This document shows positions 20,511 through 30,767 of a DNA stretch of 64,000 nt, piece after piece. Under the pieces are notes generated by a model. The model had not been told where the DNA came from, searched no databases, and saw nothing but the letters and a program-made list of their open reading frames with translations. Positions within the stretch are counted from its first letter, which is position 1, and every line of letters starts with the position of its first letter. Origin of the DNA: Saprospiraceae bacterium (lineage in GTDB: Bacteria > Bacteroidota > Bacteroidia > Chitinophagales > Saprospiraceae); contig JADJPZ010000003.1 of assembly GCA_016713025.1 (NCBI GenBank), forward strand, positions 576,774-640,773, given 5' to 3'. The position numbers were made by a program, and so were the translations under genes.

Positions 20511-20827
20511 TCATGAATAATCCTGAACAGGAAATGGCTTACGAAGCCGCACAAAAGAGAGTTAAAAAATTAAAGGGTTTTTATATACACTTATTGGTTT
20601 ATATTGTGATCAATGTAATGATCATTTATGCTAATTATTCCTATTCAAAAACATCAGCTTCACTTTTTGAATTTAAAAATTTCTCCACAGCTTTTTGGTG
20701 GGGAATAGGATTGATGGCTCATGCTTTCAATGTCTTTATAGCAGATCTTTTTCTTGGTAGAAATTGGGAAGAGCGCAAGATCAGAGAACTGATGGATAGA
20801 GAAAAAGAGAAAAATGATTTTGTGTAA
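20501..20827 (+). CDS. stand-alone 2TM-domain protein (paralog of the kinase tail)
   Basis: AQKRVKKLKGFY + two TM helices + WEERKIRELM; start 20501 or 20513. Confidence 0.75.
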   Translation: MGIIMNNPEQEMAYEAAQKRVKKLKGFYIHLLVYIVINVMIIYANYSYSKTSASLFEFKNFSTAFWWGIGLMAHAFNVFIADLFLGRNWEERKIRELMDREKEKNDFV

Positions 20828-20839
20828 AACCCACGATAT

Positions 20840-21589
20840 ATGACCACCATCATCATAGAAGACGAAAAGCCCGCAGCACGTATGTTGCAACGCAAACTCG
20901 AGAAACTCAATATTCCAGTTCAAGTAATGTTACATTCCGTCAGGGAAGCTGTAGAATGGTTTCAGCAAAATCCACATCCTGATTTGATCTTTTTGGATAT
21001 ACAGCTATCCGATGGATTGTCATTTGAAATCTTTGAAAAAGTATCCATCCAAAGTCCGATCATCTTTACAACAGCGTATGATGAGTATGCACTCAGAGCT
21101 TTTAAACTCAACAGTATTGACTATCTACTAAAGCCCATAGACGAAGACGATTTGGAAGTTGCCGTCGAAAAATATAGGAAGTTGATCAGCCCGAAGCCTG
21201 CCATCGATATGCAGATGATCCGCCAGCTATTTACTTCATCCAAAGCGCCGGAATACAAAAAACGATTCAGCATCAAAGTGGGTGATCACATCAAAGTCAT
21301 ACCCATCGAAGATGTAGAATTGTTTTACAGTGAATTTAAAGGGACTTTTTTGTTCACAACAGAAGGTCGGAACTACCTGTTAGACACAACCCTGGAGTCA
21401 TTGGAGAAAGAGCTGGAGCCTTCACAGTTTTTCAGAGTGAGCCGCAAGTTTATCATTGCCAATATAGCATTGAAAGATATCGTCGTATATAGCAATTCGC
21501 GACTCAAATTGAACCTGAAAACCTACAACAAAGAAGAAGTCATCGTGAGCCGAGAGCGCGTGGGAGATTTTAAGGAGTGGTTGGGGTAG
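20840..21589 (+). CDS. LytTR-family response regulator
   Basis: receiver IIEDEKPAA...LIFLDIQLSDG, LytTR C-terminal half. Confidence 0.9.
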   Translation: MTTIIIEDEKPAARMLQRKLEKLNIPVQVMLHSVREAVEWFQQNPHPDLIFLDIQLSDGLSFEIFEKVSIQSPIIFTTAYDEYALRAFKLNSIDYLLKPIDEDDLEVAVEKYRKLISPKPAIDMQMIRQLFTSSKAPEYKKRFSIKVGDHIKVIPIEDVELFYSEFKGTFLFTTEGRNYLLDTTLESLEKELEPSQFFRVSRKFIIANIALKDIVVYSNSRLKLNLKTYNKEEVIVSRERVGDFKEWLG

Positions 21590-21602
21590 TATCCGAGCCT
21601 TG

Positions 21603-22170
21603 TTAATCATGCTTTTCTGCTCCAAAAACCAGCGTCGGGTTATCAGGATACATAGTGGATCTCCCAACCCTGTAACTATCTATTATCGCCGGTAGAAAGA
21701 CTGGATCTGCTACTTGCATCCGCTATGCCATCAATATATAACCATACTCCTCCACTCGAAGCCTGACGGGTCACTGCGATATGATGCCAAACACCATCAT
21801 CCACTATAGTATTACCTACCACGCCTCCGTGCCCTAGATTACTTCTATGTACTCCTACTACTATCCTTCTGTTGCATCATACAATTCAATAATCACCATA
21901 ATCACCATTGCCAAAATACCATTCATTTGGGTTACAGCCATTAGCATTGTTATCTCCGGATTTGGCCTTCATCCAGAATTCTATTGTAAAATCCATTGCT
22001 ACATTTACAGGCTTTCCAGGATTGCCCAGTGGAATTACTACAAGATCTATATCAGGATTGGCAGCACTACCTGATGCCAAAGACTGTAAAGAATACTCCT
22101 GTGCAGGACTTAAAAAAGGCAGGAGCAATAAAAAAGATATTGGCAGTTTGACAAGAAATCTGTATTTCAT
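21603..22170 (-). pseudogene. LamG/concanavalin-like secreted protein, multiply disrupted
   Basis: signal peptide MKYRFLVKLPISFLLLLPFLSPAQ; open frame stops at 21886; LamG hallmark DDGVWHHIAVTRQASSGGVWLYIDG and tail YPDNPTLVFGAEKHD are readable only across two TGA stops and at least one further frameshift. Confidence 0.7.
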
Positions 22171-22380
22171 GAATAGATGTATTAACGATACAAATTGACC
22201 TGAAATTAATGTTGCAAATATAAATGAACTTTTGGCTACAAATAATAGAGATTCCCCTGATATTGGTGATAACACTAATTCACAACAATTTCTTCCGTTT
22301 TCACTACATCTCATGATAAGGTCATAAAAAACACAAATACCTTTGTTTCATTATATTCACCATTTTAAAAAAATAAAGTT

Positions 22381-23823
22381 ATGCGTTTCATATTTTTAGT
22401 AATGTTTATTGTCTTTTACCTTGACTCAACAGCACAATTTGACAAAATCAAAAAGTCTGTCTCTAATGCTGCGAATGTAATTTCAAATACAGGCAAAGAT
22501 GTTAAAGAAGTAAAAGAATCGGCTGCACAAAAGGAAACAAAACCTTCCACAGGACAGAACACAGTAAAATCCTCTAATGAAATACAAAATTCTGATGGTA
22601 ATCACTACTACATTCGACCTGATGGGAAAGGCAAAGATGCTACGAAAGATGCTCCTGCCAAAGATATTGCAGCTATAGCAATGCAACTTAAAGCAGGTGA
22701 TGTAGTACATGTGGCTGCTGGTGTGTATACAAGCAAGGCTGATCAATCATCTGATGTCTTTTCTGTTCCCATATCAATTATTGGCGGTTATAGCTTAGAT
22801 TTTACCATGAGAGATCCATGGGGTAAATACAAAAGTGTATTCAGTGGCTCCAATGATATCAGTAAAGGTTTGACCACAGAGAGAGTCGGAATTCTGACAG
22901 ACAAGGGCTTTAAAGACTGGAAAGGAGAAATTGTCATTGATGGTATCATCGTAGATAACGGAGCCAGAAACTATTATACAGATACAAAGGAAGAATTTAT
23001 CAAAAGAAAAGCCAGCCCCGAAAAAGGAATGAATCCAACGCCCAATACGCCAGGTATAAAAATAAGAACCGGGAGTGGCACAAAAGTCATCATTAGAAAT
23101 TGTGTGGTTACTAATACTGCTCCCACTCAAGGTGCCATAGATGTGCAGGTAGGTAAAGACGGGAAGGCCATTATCGAAAATAATCTGGTGGTAAATAATA
23201 CTGGAGAAGGCATCATGTGCAAAAGTAATCACCATGGATCCAGCGGGCACCCTTCATACGAACTGAGAAATAATACCATACTTTTTACCTGGAAATATGA
23301 TGCTATTGCCAGTTTCGGAGGAAATAGTCTGATGTTTGATAACGCACTCACCCTTGTTGCTGAAAATAATGTATTTGGATTCAGTGATTTTGGTGGCGTC
23401 AATAATGTAAAACAATGCAAAACAGTCACTCTGAAGAACAATCTCTTTGTTGGCCATAAGAAGTATGATTATCAGGAATTTGGTACGGGACTCAAACTGG
23501 ATGAAATGGAAGACTATGCCAATTTCATAACCAAACAGTCAACCAATAACTACTCCAGGGAAATAAAACTTTATATTAATAAGTCATGGGCTGAAAAGTA
23601 CTTCAACAGAGTAGAAATTTCCCGCGCAGAGGTTGATGCCGCAGCAAAAGTATCCAATAGCGGAACCAATCAACTCAGAGCTATGTTTGGACTGCCGTTA
23701 CAGGCAAGTGCAGTAAAGATGGATGCCAGCATCTGGCTTCATAGAATGTCACTGGATGATGCTATAAAACTCGGAATTACACCATATGGCAACAATGCCG
23801 GATGTTCAGTTCCGACAAACTAA
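22381..23823 (+). CDS. secreted right-handed parallel beta-helix (DUF1565/pectate-lyase-like) protein
   Basis: signal peptide, HYYIRPDGKGKDATKDAP...AGDVVHVAAGVY entry motif, repeated N-rich turns (IRNCVVTN, IENNLVVNN, LRNNTILF, AENNVFGF, LKNNLFVG). Confidence 0.7.
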   Translation: MRFIFLVMFIVFYLDSTAQFDKIKKSVSNAANVISNTGKDVKEVKESAAQKETKPSTGQNTVKSSNEIQNSDGNHYYIRPDGKGKDATKDAPAKDIAAIAMQLKAGDVVHVAAGVYTSKADQSSDVFSVPISIIGGYSLDFTMRDPWGKYKSVFSGSNDISKGLTTERVGILTDKGFKDWKGEIVIDGIIVDNGARNYYTDTKEEFIKRKASPEKGMNPTPNTPGIKIRTGSGTKVIIRNCVVTNTAPTQGAIDVQVGKDGKAIIENNLVVNNTGEGIMCKSNHHGSSGHPSYELRNNTILFTWKYDAIASFGGNSLMFDNALTLVAENNVFGFSDFGGVNNVKQCKTVTLKNNLFVGHKKYDYQEFGTGLKLDEMEDYANFITKQSTNNYSREIKLYINKSWAEKYFNRVEISRAEVDAAAKVSNSGTNQLRAMFGLPLQASAVKMDASIWLHRMSLDDAIKLGITPYGNNAGCSVPTN

Positions 23824-23921
23824 CAATCCCCAATTTTAACATCTCAAAAGACTTCCTATATGGAAACTCCGAAGTCAGCCGGCTCCGGGTTTGATTTATT
23901 AAACATTAAAACATATCAAAA

Positions 23922-24854
23922 ATGAAAAATTTAATTGTCTTATTAATTTTTACTCCTATTATCATTTTTTCTCAATCTTTTCCATCTGACACAAAGGTAC
24001 TGCAGGATGTAAAAAAGTATCATGGTAAGATATCTACAGCAGAAGTACAAAATGACTGGAAGCTTGAGCAGGAATCCGGATATAATTTTAGCAATATGGC
24101 TAAAAGAGTGGTGTCAGGTACTACCATAAGAGAAAATGGTACATCCAAAAAAATTATTGGTTTAGCGATTTATATACGCGGCGGTGCGGGTGAAGCATGG
24201 AGCTTTTCGAGATATTTTGTGACAAACAGTGAAGTGGTAGGTGCTGTATCACTGACTGTAAATGATCTTGTAGAGCAAACAAAAGCACTTGCAAGAAAAA
24301 ACTTTGAAAAAGCATTGTTCGCCTTGCGCAAAGATATCGTTTGGATTTACAATATATCTTTTCCGGGCTCAACTCCGGATCATACAGATCGCACTGGTGA
24401 TATTATTTATAAAGGAAGTATAGAATATGAATATAAATTTAATAATTCAGAAGGCATCACACTTCCAAATTATCCATTTGAAGCTGGAATAAGAAGACAC
24501 ATCACACCTATTGAAGCTTATGTTAGATTGGTTGATGGTCAAATGAAGGTAGATTATGTTGCTAGCGGATATAGCGAACCTTTGAATGAAAAAATGATGA
24601 GTCGAAAAGATTTTGAAGCATTGCCCATTATTACAGAAAAGAATTTTGACCAGCATTATGGACCTGAATGCCCGTTTTTAAAATCAAAAGGATCTGAAAG
24701 TATTAATGCTAAAGATAAAAACCAAATAGATAATTCTAACAATACAGATGGAATATCAGAAAGCAAAACTGAAAAAACTTCAGAAAAGAAAAAAATTAAA
24801 TTTGGTCTCCCCAAAATAAAGATAAAAGGATCAGGAAATCGATATAAAAAATAA
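23922..24854 (+). CDS. hypothetical secreted protein with Lys-rich C-terminal tail
   Basis: signal peptide; no motif recognised. Confidence 0.6.
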   Translation: MKNLIVLLIFTPIIIFSQSFPSDTKVLQDVKKYHGKISTAEVQNDWKLEQESGYNFSNMAKRVVSGTTIRENGTSKKIIGLAIYIRGGAGEAWSFSRYFVTNSEVVGAVSLTVNDLVEQTKALARKNFEKALFALRKDIVWIYNISFPGSTPDHTDRTGDIIYKGSIEYEYKFNNSEGITLPNYPFEAGIRRHITPIEAYVRLVDGQMKVDYVASGYSEPLNEKMMSRKDFEALPIITEKNFDQHYGPECPFLKSKGSESINAKDKNQIDNSNNTDGISESKTEKTSEKKKIKFGLPKIKIKGSGNRYKK

Positions 24855-24969
24855 TCAGCTGAATAAATAACATAAGTACAAAACTTTTTATGTTTTCTAT
24901 TTTCCACTACATTGCATCCCATCTTTAATAACTGGAATGGTTTTTATTAGTTTTAACGTTTAGACAAAT

Positions 24970-27090
24970 ATGCAGCAAAGTCATTTTAAGTCAGCACTTT
25001 GGGTTATTTTGATTGGATTGTGTGGTACGCTTTTCAGTCAGGAGAAGTCATATTTTGAATCAAGAACACTATATTTTAAAGATAATTTTGCTAAAGGTAA
25101 TATTCTGGCAAAAAAATCTGATTTGTTAGTGGCCTTAAAATTCAAAGATAGTTTGTATAAGATTAACAGAAGTGATCTGCTGGCAGAACACATGCTCACA
25201 GTTGGGAAAATGTATCAAAGAATGGGTCAGATGACCAGTGCAGAAGGTGCTTTTCAAGCAGGCTTGAGATTGGGCAGGAATAGTAAAGATAGCATCTGGG
25301 TTGCGAAAGCATATTCCAGAATAGGAGGTTTTTACGCATTGGAAAACAGAAATTTTAAAGCTTTAGATTATCAGATGAAATCACTTTCTCTTTTTGAAAA
25401 ATTTGCAAAAGAGAAAATTTATTTGCCCGATGTGTACAATGAAATTGCAAATGCCTACATTCAGATGGGAGAACTCAAAACAGCAGAACAATACCTGGAG
25501 AAATCACTAAAATTAAAAAAGGAGTTGAAAGATACGCTGAGATTGGGGATAATCAATAACATGTATGCTGACATATACAGACAAAGAGGGGATTATGCAA
25601 AAGCAGAGCAATTTTATCTGAAAGACCTGCCCAAAAGAGAAAAACAAAAAAACTATGAAGGTGCGATATTGAGCTACCTTGGACTTGGAGACACTTATAT
25701 TGGATGGAAGAAGTATGAAAAAGCAGAAAGCATATATTTGAAAGCGCTCAGTTTTGCGGATACCATCAAAAGACCACGATTTATCGGAATTTCTTTGGTG
25801 AAACTTGGTGAATTATACCTAAATATTGGGAGAAAACCAGATGCCGAGCGGGTATTTAAAAGAGCAATTAATGAATGTACTCAGGTGGATTCACGTATCT
25901 ATCAACTAGCGGCATATAAATCTATGTACATACTGTATAAAGATAACTCTCAACTCAATGAAGCTATCTATTATCTTGAAGAGTATCTGGAAATCAATCA
26001 AATATACTCCGATGAAGCATTTGAACACAAGGCAGAAGACATGACGGCTGCTTATGAGCTAAGGCAAAAAGAAGAGGATCTTTCGCGACTTACAACAGAA
26101 AATAATAAAAACGCTCAAATTCAAAAAATACTTACTTTAGGTCTGGTGCTTTTAATTGTGTTATCTTCCTTTTTAATATTTTTGTATTCAGGCCGGAATA
26201 CCGCTTTAAAAAAACTTTTTCAAGAACAGCAAAATACAAACAACCTCTTAAGAGAAAAAGAGATGTTACTTGAAAACCTTGAATCTTCTCATCATCAACT
26301 CGTCCATAGCGAAAAAATGGCTTCTATTGGAGTCATGACTGCCGGCATTGCTCATGAACTTAATAATCCTGTAGGCTCCATCCATGCCAGCGCTGAAGCA
26401 TTAAAGATGGATTATGACGATTTAGTCCCACTATTTAAGGTTTTGGATCACATTAAAAAAACGAATGATCAAGCCCATTGGGATAATCTGCTGTACCTTT
26501 TAAAGGATATTGACATAAAATATCTTTCTGCAGAATTGGAAACCTTACTAAATACAGTGATGAATGGCTCCATGAGAACATCTCAAATCATTCAAGGATT
26601 AAAAACATTTACCCGGGATAGTGGCGATACAAAGGAACCTTACTTTATAGAAGATGGTCTAGATGCAGCGCTGACCCTACTCCACCACAAATTTAAAGAT
26701 CAGATTACTATAAATAAACAATATGAATTCGGAAAAACATTACTATGCAACGGCAGCAAATTAAATCAGGTTTTTCTCAATGTCTTAGACAATGCCATTC
26801 AGGCATTGGCAGGAGCAGGAATCATCAGTGTAGCAACCAAAGAAGACAATAATTATTGCATTATAAAAATATCAGACAATGGACACGGAATGGATACCAC
26901 GACTCAAAAATCTATATTTCAACCTTTTTTTACCACTAAAGAAATAGGAAAAGGTACGGGTTTGGGCTTAGCCATAAGTTATGCAATAGTTAAAGATCAT
27001 CAAGGTGAAATGCAAGTGATCAGCGCACCTGGACAAGGCACTACAATTACCATTTCCATTCCAATCCAATCCAATGAAGCTGTATGCTAA
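24970..27090 (+). CDS. TPR-repeat sensor histidine kinase (HisKA + HATPase_c)
   Basis: signal/TM, ~300 aa of TPR-like repeats, TM ILTLGLVLLIVLSSFLIFLY, H-box MTAGIAHELNNP, N-box LDNAIQA, DNGHGM, GKGTGLGLAISY. Confidence 0.9.
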   Translation: MQQSHFKSALWVILIGLCGTLFSQEKSYFESRTLYFKDNFAKGNILAKKSDLLVALKFKDSLYKINRSDLLAEHMLTVGKMYQRMGQMTSAEGAFQAGLRLGRNSKDSIWVAKAYSRIGGFYALENRNFKALDYQMKSLSLFEKFAKEKIYLPDVYNEIANAYIQMGELKTAEQYLEKSLKLKKELKDTLRLGIINNMYADIYRQRGDYAKAEQFYLKDLPKREKQKNYEGAILSYLGLGDTYIGWKKYEKAESIYLKALSFADTIKRPRFIGISLVKLGELYLNIGRKPDAERVFKRAINECTQVDSRIYQLAAYKSMYILYKDNSQLNEAIYYLEEYLEINQIYSDEAFEHKAEDMTAAYELRQKEEDLSRLTTENNKNAQIQKILTLGLVLLIVLSSFLIFLYSGRNTALKKLFQEQQNTNNLLREKEMLLENLESSHHQLVHSEKMASIGVMTAGIAHELNNPVGSIHASAEALKMDYDDLVPLFKVLDHIKKTNDQAHWDNLLYLLKDIDIKYLSAELETLLNTVMNGSMRTSQIIQGLKTFTRDSGDTKEPYFIEDGLDAALTLLHHKFKDQITINKQYEFGKTLLCNGSKLNQVFLNVLDNAIQALAGAGIISVATKEDNNYCIIKISDNGHGMDTTTQKSIFQPFFTTKEIGKGTGLGLAISYAIVKDHQGEMQVISAPGQGTTITISIPIQSNEAVC

Positions 27091-27799
27091 TTATTTGATT
27101 TCATTGACTTATTTTGCCATTTTCCTCACTATAGCTGCATCATATATAGATTTGAATAATTGGCTGTTTAACAAATCAATTATTGAGGATGGATTAAGTC
27201 AATGCTTCAGATTCGGCAGGACAGTTTTGATCACCTATTTAGTTTGGATGACCAGTGAAAAAAAATTGTGCTTAAGAAGTAATTTACTTCTTTTGGCATT
27301 TATAATTTGTTCCATCGCAGATGCCTTTTTGATTTTACTCCATAGATTAGACATTGGTATCTTTTTTTTCACCTTGATGCAGATCGTACTGATCGTCAGG
27401 CACGCACCTGATTTGAATTCTTTTTCAAAAAATAAAGGAGAGGCTATTATAGCATTTGTAGCTGCAATATGCTTTTATTTGATTTTCTTGGTTCTATTAT
27501 TTTGGTTTATGTCACAAAATCAATTGTTTATTCATGTGATTGTATATGGTTTTCTATTGGTTATGTCCTGCTTGTTTGGCTATTTTTCTAGATTCAAAAA
27601 TGATCATATCACGCGTCTTCAATCTGATTTAATATTCTGGGGTATGATTTTATTTTTATTATGTGATATTACAGTATTACTTCCGGTGATGTTTCCAAAT
27701 CAGGATTTTGCTCAAATCGCCAGAGCATTTACAGGTGTTTTTTACACTCCTTCACTTTTATTACTGGCTTGGTCTGGCGTAAAAAATGAATCATTTTGA
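27074..27799 (+). CDS. polytopic membrane protein, possibly a divergent YhhN (lysoplasmalogenase-like) family member
   Basis: about 8 hydrophobic helices; blocks CSIADAFLIL and LFLLCDITVLL sit where YhhN proteins (compare 35519..36178) carry GDxFL and SDxxI; overlaps upstream kinase gene by 17 nt. Confidence 0.5.
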   Translation: MKLYANYLISLTYFAIFLTIAASYIDLNNWLFNKSIIEDGLSQCFRFGRTVLITYLVWMTSEKKLCLRSNLLLLAFIICSIADAFLILLHRLDIGIFFFTLMQIVLIVRHAPDLNSFSKNKGEAIIAFVAAICFYLIFLVLLFWFMSQNQLFIHVIVYGFLLVMSCLFGYFSRFKNDHITRLQSDLIFWGMILFLLCDITVLLPVMFPNQDFAQIARAFTGVFYTPSLLLLAWSGVKNESF

Positions 27800-28551
27800 A
27801 GGCTTTAACTGGTTTTCGAGGTTTAATTTTTAATGCCGTCCTTTTTGGATTGGTTTTTTTATTGAGTTCGTTTTTAGAAAAAATGAATGTAACAAAGGAC
27901 AATTTTATTTTACCCTTGTATATTTCAGTATTAGGTATAGTATTGCTTCCATTTGAATACCGAGCGAATATATATTTACTTGCCACAGAGTTTCAAATCA
28001 TGACTGCCATGCAAAGGCTCTTGTGGAGAAAATTTATAAAAACATGGTATTTTGGCATATTGATATTGATGGTCATCATTTGGCGTACTTATTTCAAAAT
28101 GGAATTGATTTTAATGCCAGTTTGGTATGCTGCTTATGATTTTATAGGACTCAATTACCAAAAAATGAGTTGGAAAGGTAAATTGCCAGTTTACCTAAGT
28201 GGAATAACTATATTTTATTATGAATGTCTGCTTATAGGACATACCTTGATACCTGGAGAAGCTAAATACAAAGAAATTAAAGTATGGTTTTCAAATCTGA
28301 TTGTGCTGCTTTTTATGACCTTTTTTACTACTGGTCTGATAGCTGTTTTTCAGAAAGAGTTTATAGGAATGACTGTAAATAACCTATGGCCATATATTCC
28401 CATTTCTTTGATAGTCTTTACATTTTTTTATGTTCCTTTACGTTGGGTTGAAGTCATCTCTGACATGATAGATTGTCAAAATATTTGGCAACTTTGGTTG
28501 TTTTGGATCAGTACTTTTACAGGGATGATTTTGATGTTTATAAAAACATGA
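27796..28551 (+). CDS. polytopic membrane protein, unknown family
   Basis: 7-8 hydrophobic helices; ATGA overlap with previous gene. Confidence 0.6.
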   Translation: MKALTGFRGLIFNAVLFGLVFLLSSFLEKMNVTKDNFILPLYISVLGIVLLPFEYRANIYLLATEFQIMTAMQRLLWRKFIKTWYFGILILMVIIWRTYFKMELILMPVWYAAYDFIGLNYQKMSWKGKLPVYLSGITIFYYECLLIGHTLIPGEAKYKEIKVWFSNLIVLLFMTFFTTGLIAVFQKEFIGMTVNNLWPYIPISLIVFTFFYVPLRWVEVISDMIDCQNIWQLWLFWISTFTGMILMFIKT

Positions 28552-28676
28552 TTGAGGAAAAATTTAAAACTGCAGACCAGCATTTGCCCGTTTTACTTCA
28601 ATAATTTACCGTTTTACTGCGATATACTTTTAAACAACATTCCAAACAGTAACTTTGATAGAAAATTAGATTTACA

Positions 28677-28979
28677 ATGGGTATTCTTCTTATGTTTTTC
28701 ATGGTTTGTCTTATTATTTATGCAGTATTGGTGACTCATGGTATCTATTTTCTATCCAATATGGTCATCATCAAATGGCTGGGATTAGCAATGTCACAAA
28801 AACTACTTTGGATCGTTGTTAATACCTTATTGTGGCTTTTCTCCATTCGTTTTATATATTTCCTGCTACTGGATTCCAAAGGTGGTACCCCAAATATGGA
28901 AGCTATTTGGAAGTTTTATATGGTAATTGCTACCGTCTTATTTTTAATTGTATTTTTGTTGGGATATAAATCCAAGTAA
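28677..28979 (+). CDS. small 3-TM membrane protein
   Basis: three hydrophobic helices; stop 3 nt before the next gene. Confidence 0.5.
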   Translation: MGILLMFFMVCLIIYAVLVTHGIYFLSNMVIIKWLGLAMSQKLLWIVVNTLLWLFSIRFIYFLLLDSKGGTPNMEAIWKFYMVIATVLFLIVFLLGYKSK

Positions 28980-28982
28980 ATT

Positions 28983-29987
28983 TTGAGTCAAACATCCATT
29001 TTATATCTTGACGATGAAGATGATAATCTGATTGCCTTCAGGGCTGTATTCAGGCGATCGTATACAGTCTATACCACTACTTCAGTAGCTGAAGCCAGGG
29101 AGTATTTAAAAAACTATTCTATACAAATCATCATTAGCGATCAAAGAATGCCTGGTATGACAGGTGTGGAGTTTCTTACAGAAGTATCAGTAACATATCC
29201 TGATGTGCTCAGAATGATCATGACTGGTTATACTGATATGCAATCTATCATTGACGCCATCAATAAGGGTAAAATTTATTATTATATCTCTAAGCCCTGG
29301 AAATTTGAAGAACTAAAGATTATTCTTGAAAACGCCATTGAAACTCAAAAACTGAGAGATCAAAATATTACATTGATCCAAGAGAATCATGATTTGATCA
29401 AAAAGTCCTTGGAATTTGAAAAATCGCAGCTACAGGCCCAACTCGAAGTACTCAAAAATCAGGTCAATCCGCATTTTTTGTTTAATTGTCTGAATACACT
29501 CGCATCTTTAATTACTTCTGATCCGGACGCAGCCGTACGTTACACCACCAAATTCTCAAAACTGTATCGTATGTCTATAGAGCATAGTGATGAAAAGCTA
29601 ATCGGCCTTGAAAAAGAATTGGAATTTTTAAATGCATATATTTTTCTTCAAAAAATCAGGTATAATGAAAATCTTAGAATCCTTTTCGATATCAATAACC
29701 CACAATCTTATTTTATCCCACCTTTTGCATTACAACTTTTGGTAGAAAATGCTCTAAAACATAATGTAGTTTCAAAAGAGAAACCATTGGAAATTTTTAT
29801 AATTCAAAAGAATGATAAAATAGCCGTTACAAATGAAATTCAAAGGAGACAATCGAGCGAACCATCTACGGGAACCGGCTTGAAAAACCTTATGGAGCGC
29901 TTTACACTACTAACTGGAAAAGGAATACAAGTCAATAATGACGGTCAAAAATTTGAAGCAATAGTTCCACTAATTTTAGAGATTTAA
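28983..29987 (+). CDS. soluble hybrid: receiver (REC) domain fused to a LytS-type histidine kinase core
   Basis: REC: ILYLDDEDDN, IIISDQRMPGMTG, YISKPW; then LKNQVNPHFLFNCLN, LVENALKHN, GTGLKNL; no TM segment; apparent TTG start. Confidence 0.8.
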   Translation: MSQTSILYLDDEDDNLIAFRAVFRRSYTVYTTTSVAEAREYLKNYSIQIIISDQRMPGMTGVEFLTEVSVTYPDVLRMIMTGYTDMQSIIDAINKGKIYYYISKPWKFEELKIILENAIETQKLRDQNITLIQENHDLIKKSLEFEKSQLQAQLEVLKNQVNPHFLFNCLNTLASLITSDPDAAVRYTTKFSKLYRMSIEHSDEKLIGLEKELEFLNAYIFLQKIRYNENLRILFDINNPQSYFIPPFALQLLVENALKHNVVSKEKPLEIFIIQKNDKIAVTNEIQRRQSSEPSTGTGLKNLMERFTLLTGKGIQVNNDGQKFEAIVPLILEI

Positions 29988-29990
29988 ACC

Positions 29991-30752
29991 ATGAGCACCA
30001 TTAAAGTATTGATTGTAGAAGACGAAATTCCAGCTCAGGATCTCCTTGTGAGAACATTAAAAATAGTGGAACCATCCATAGAAATCGTGGGCAAAGCAGA
30101 TAGTATTCAAACAGCGGCTGAATGGTTAAAATTAAATTCGGCAGATTTAATTTTTATGGATATTCAATTGAATGATGGGCTTAGTTTTTCTATTTTTGAG
30201 CAGGTACAAATACATACACCTGTGATATTTACAACCGCTTATGATGCTTACGCTATTAAAGCTTTTAAGGTAAACAGCATAGACTATCTTTTAAAACCGA
30301 TTGATGAAGACGATCTCAGAATAGCAATCAACAAATACAAAAATATCACCAATTCTACATTGATACTAAATATTTCGGATCTTAAGAAAACACTGAGTCT
30401 TTCAGAAAAAACTTATCAGCAAAGATTTATAGTGCATCGGGGAGAAAAATTATTGAGTGTCACGGTGGATCAGATAGCTTACTTCGAAGGTGAAGACAGA
30501 TATGTATATTTAGTGACTAAAGATGCTAAAAGATTCATCATTGACTACAAATTGGCAGAGGTGGAAACGGTTTTGGACCCTAAGTCTTTTTATCGATTAA
30601 ACCGAAGTTTTATTTCCAGGTTTGAGGCCATCGACGGCATGATCAATCTCAGCAAAAGTCGTGTTAAAGTCAGCCTGAATCCACCTGCAAAAAGAGATGT
30701 AATCGTAAGCAGTGAAAATAATCAGGATTTTAAAAGATGGTTAAACTCATAA
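29991..30752 (+). CDS. LytTR-family response regulator (close paralog of 20840..21589)
   Basis: receiver LIVEDEIPA...LIFMDIQLNDG, LytTR half. Confidence 0.9.
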   Translation: MSTIKVLIVEDEIPAQDLLVRTLKIVEPSIEIVGKADSIQTAAEWLKLNSADLIFMDIQLNDGLSFSIFEQVQIHTPVIFTTAYDAYAIKAFKVNSIDYLLKPIDEDDLRIAINKYKNITNSTLILNISDLKKTLSLSEKTYQQRFIVHRGEKLLSVTVDQIAYFEGEDRYVYLVTKDAKRFIIDYKLAEVETVLDPKSFYRLNRSFISRFEAIDGMINLSKSRVKVSLNPPAKRDVIVSSENNQDFKRWLNS

Positions 30753-30767
30753 TAATAAAGTTAGGTT

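Noticed and set aside
28552-28734. 60-aa ORF filling the only larger gap in the 24970..31721 operon
   Set aside because: It has a non-ATG start, overlaps the better 3-TM ORF 28677..28979 in another frame, and has no recognisable features. It is left unannotated.
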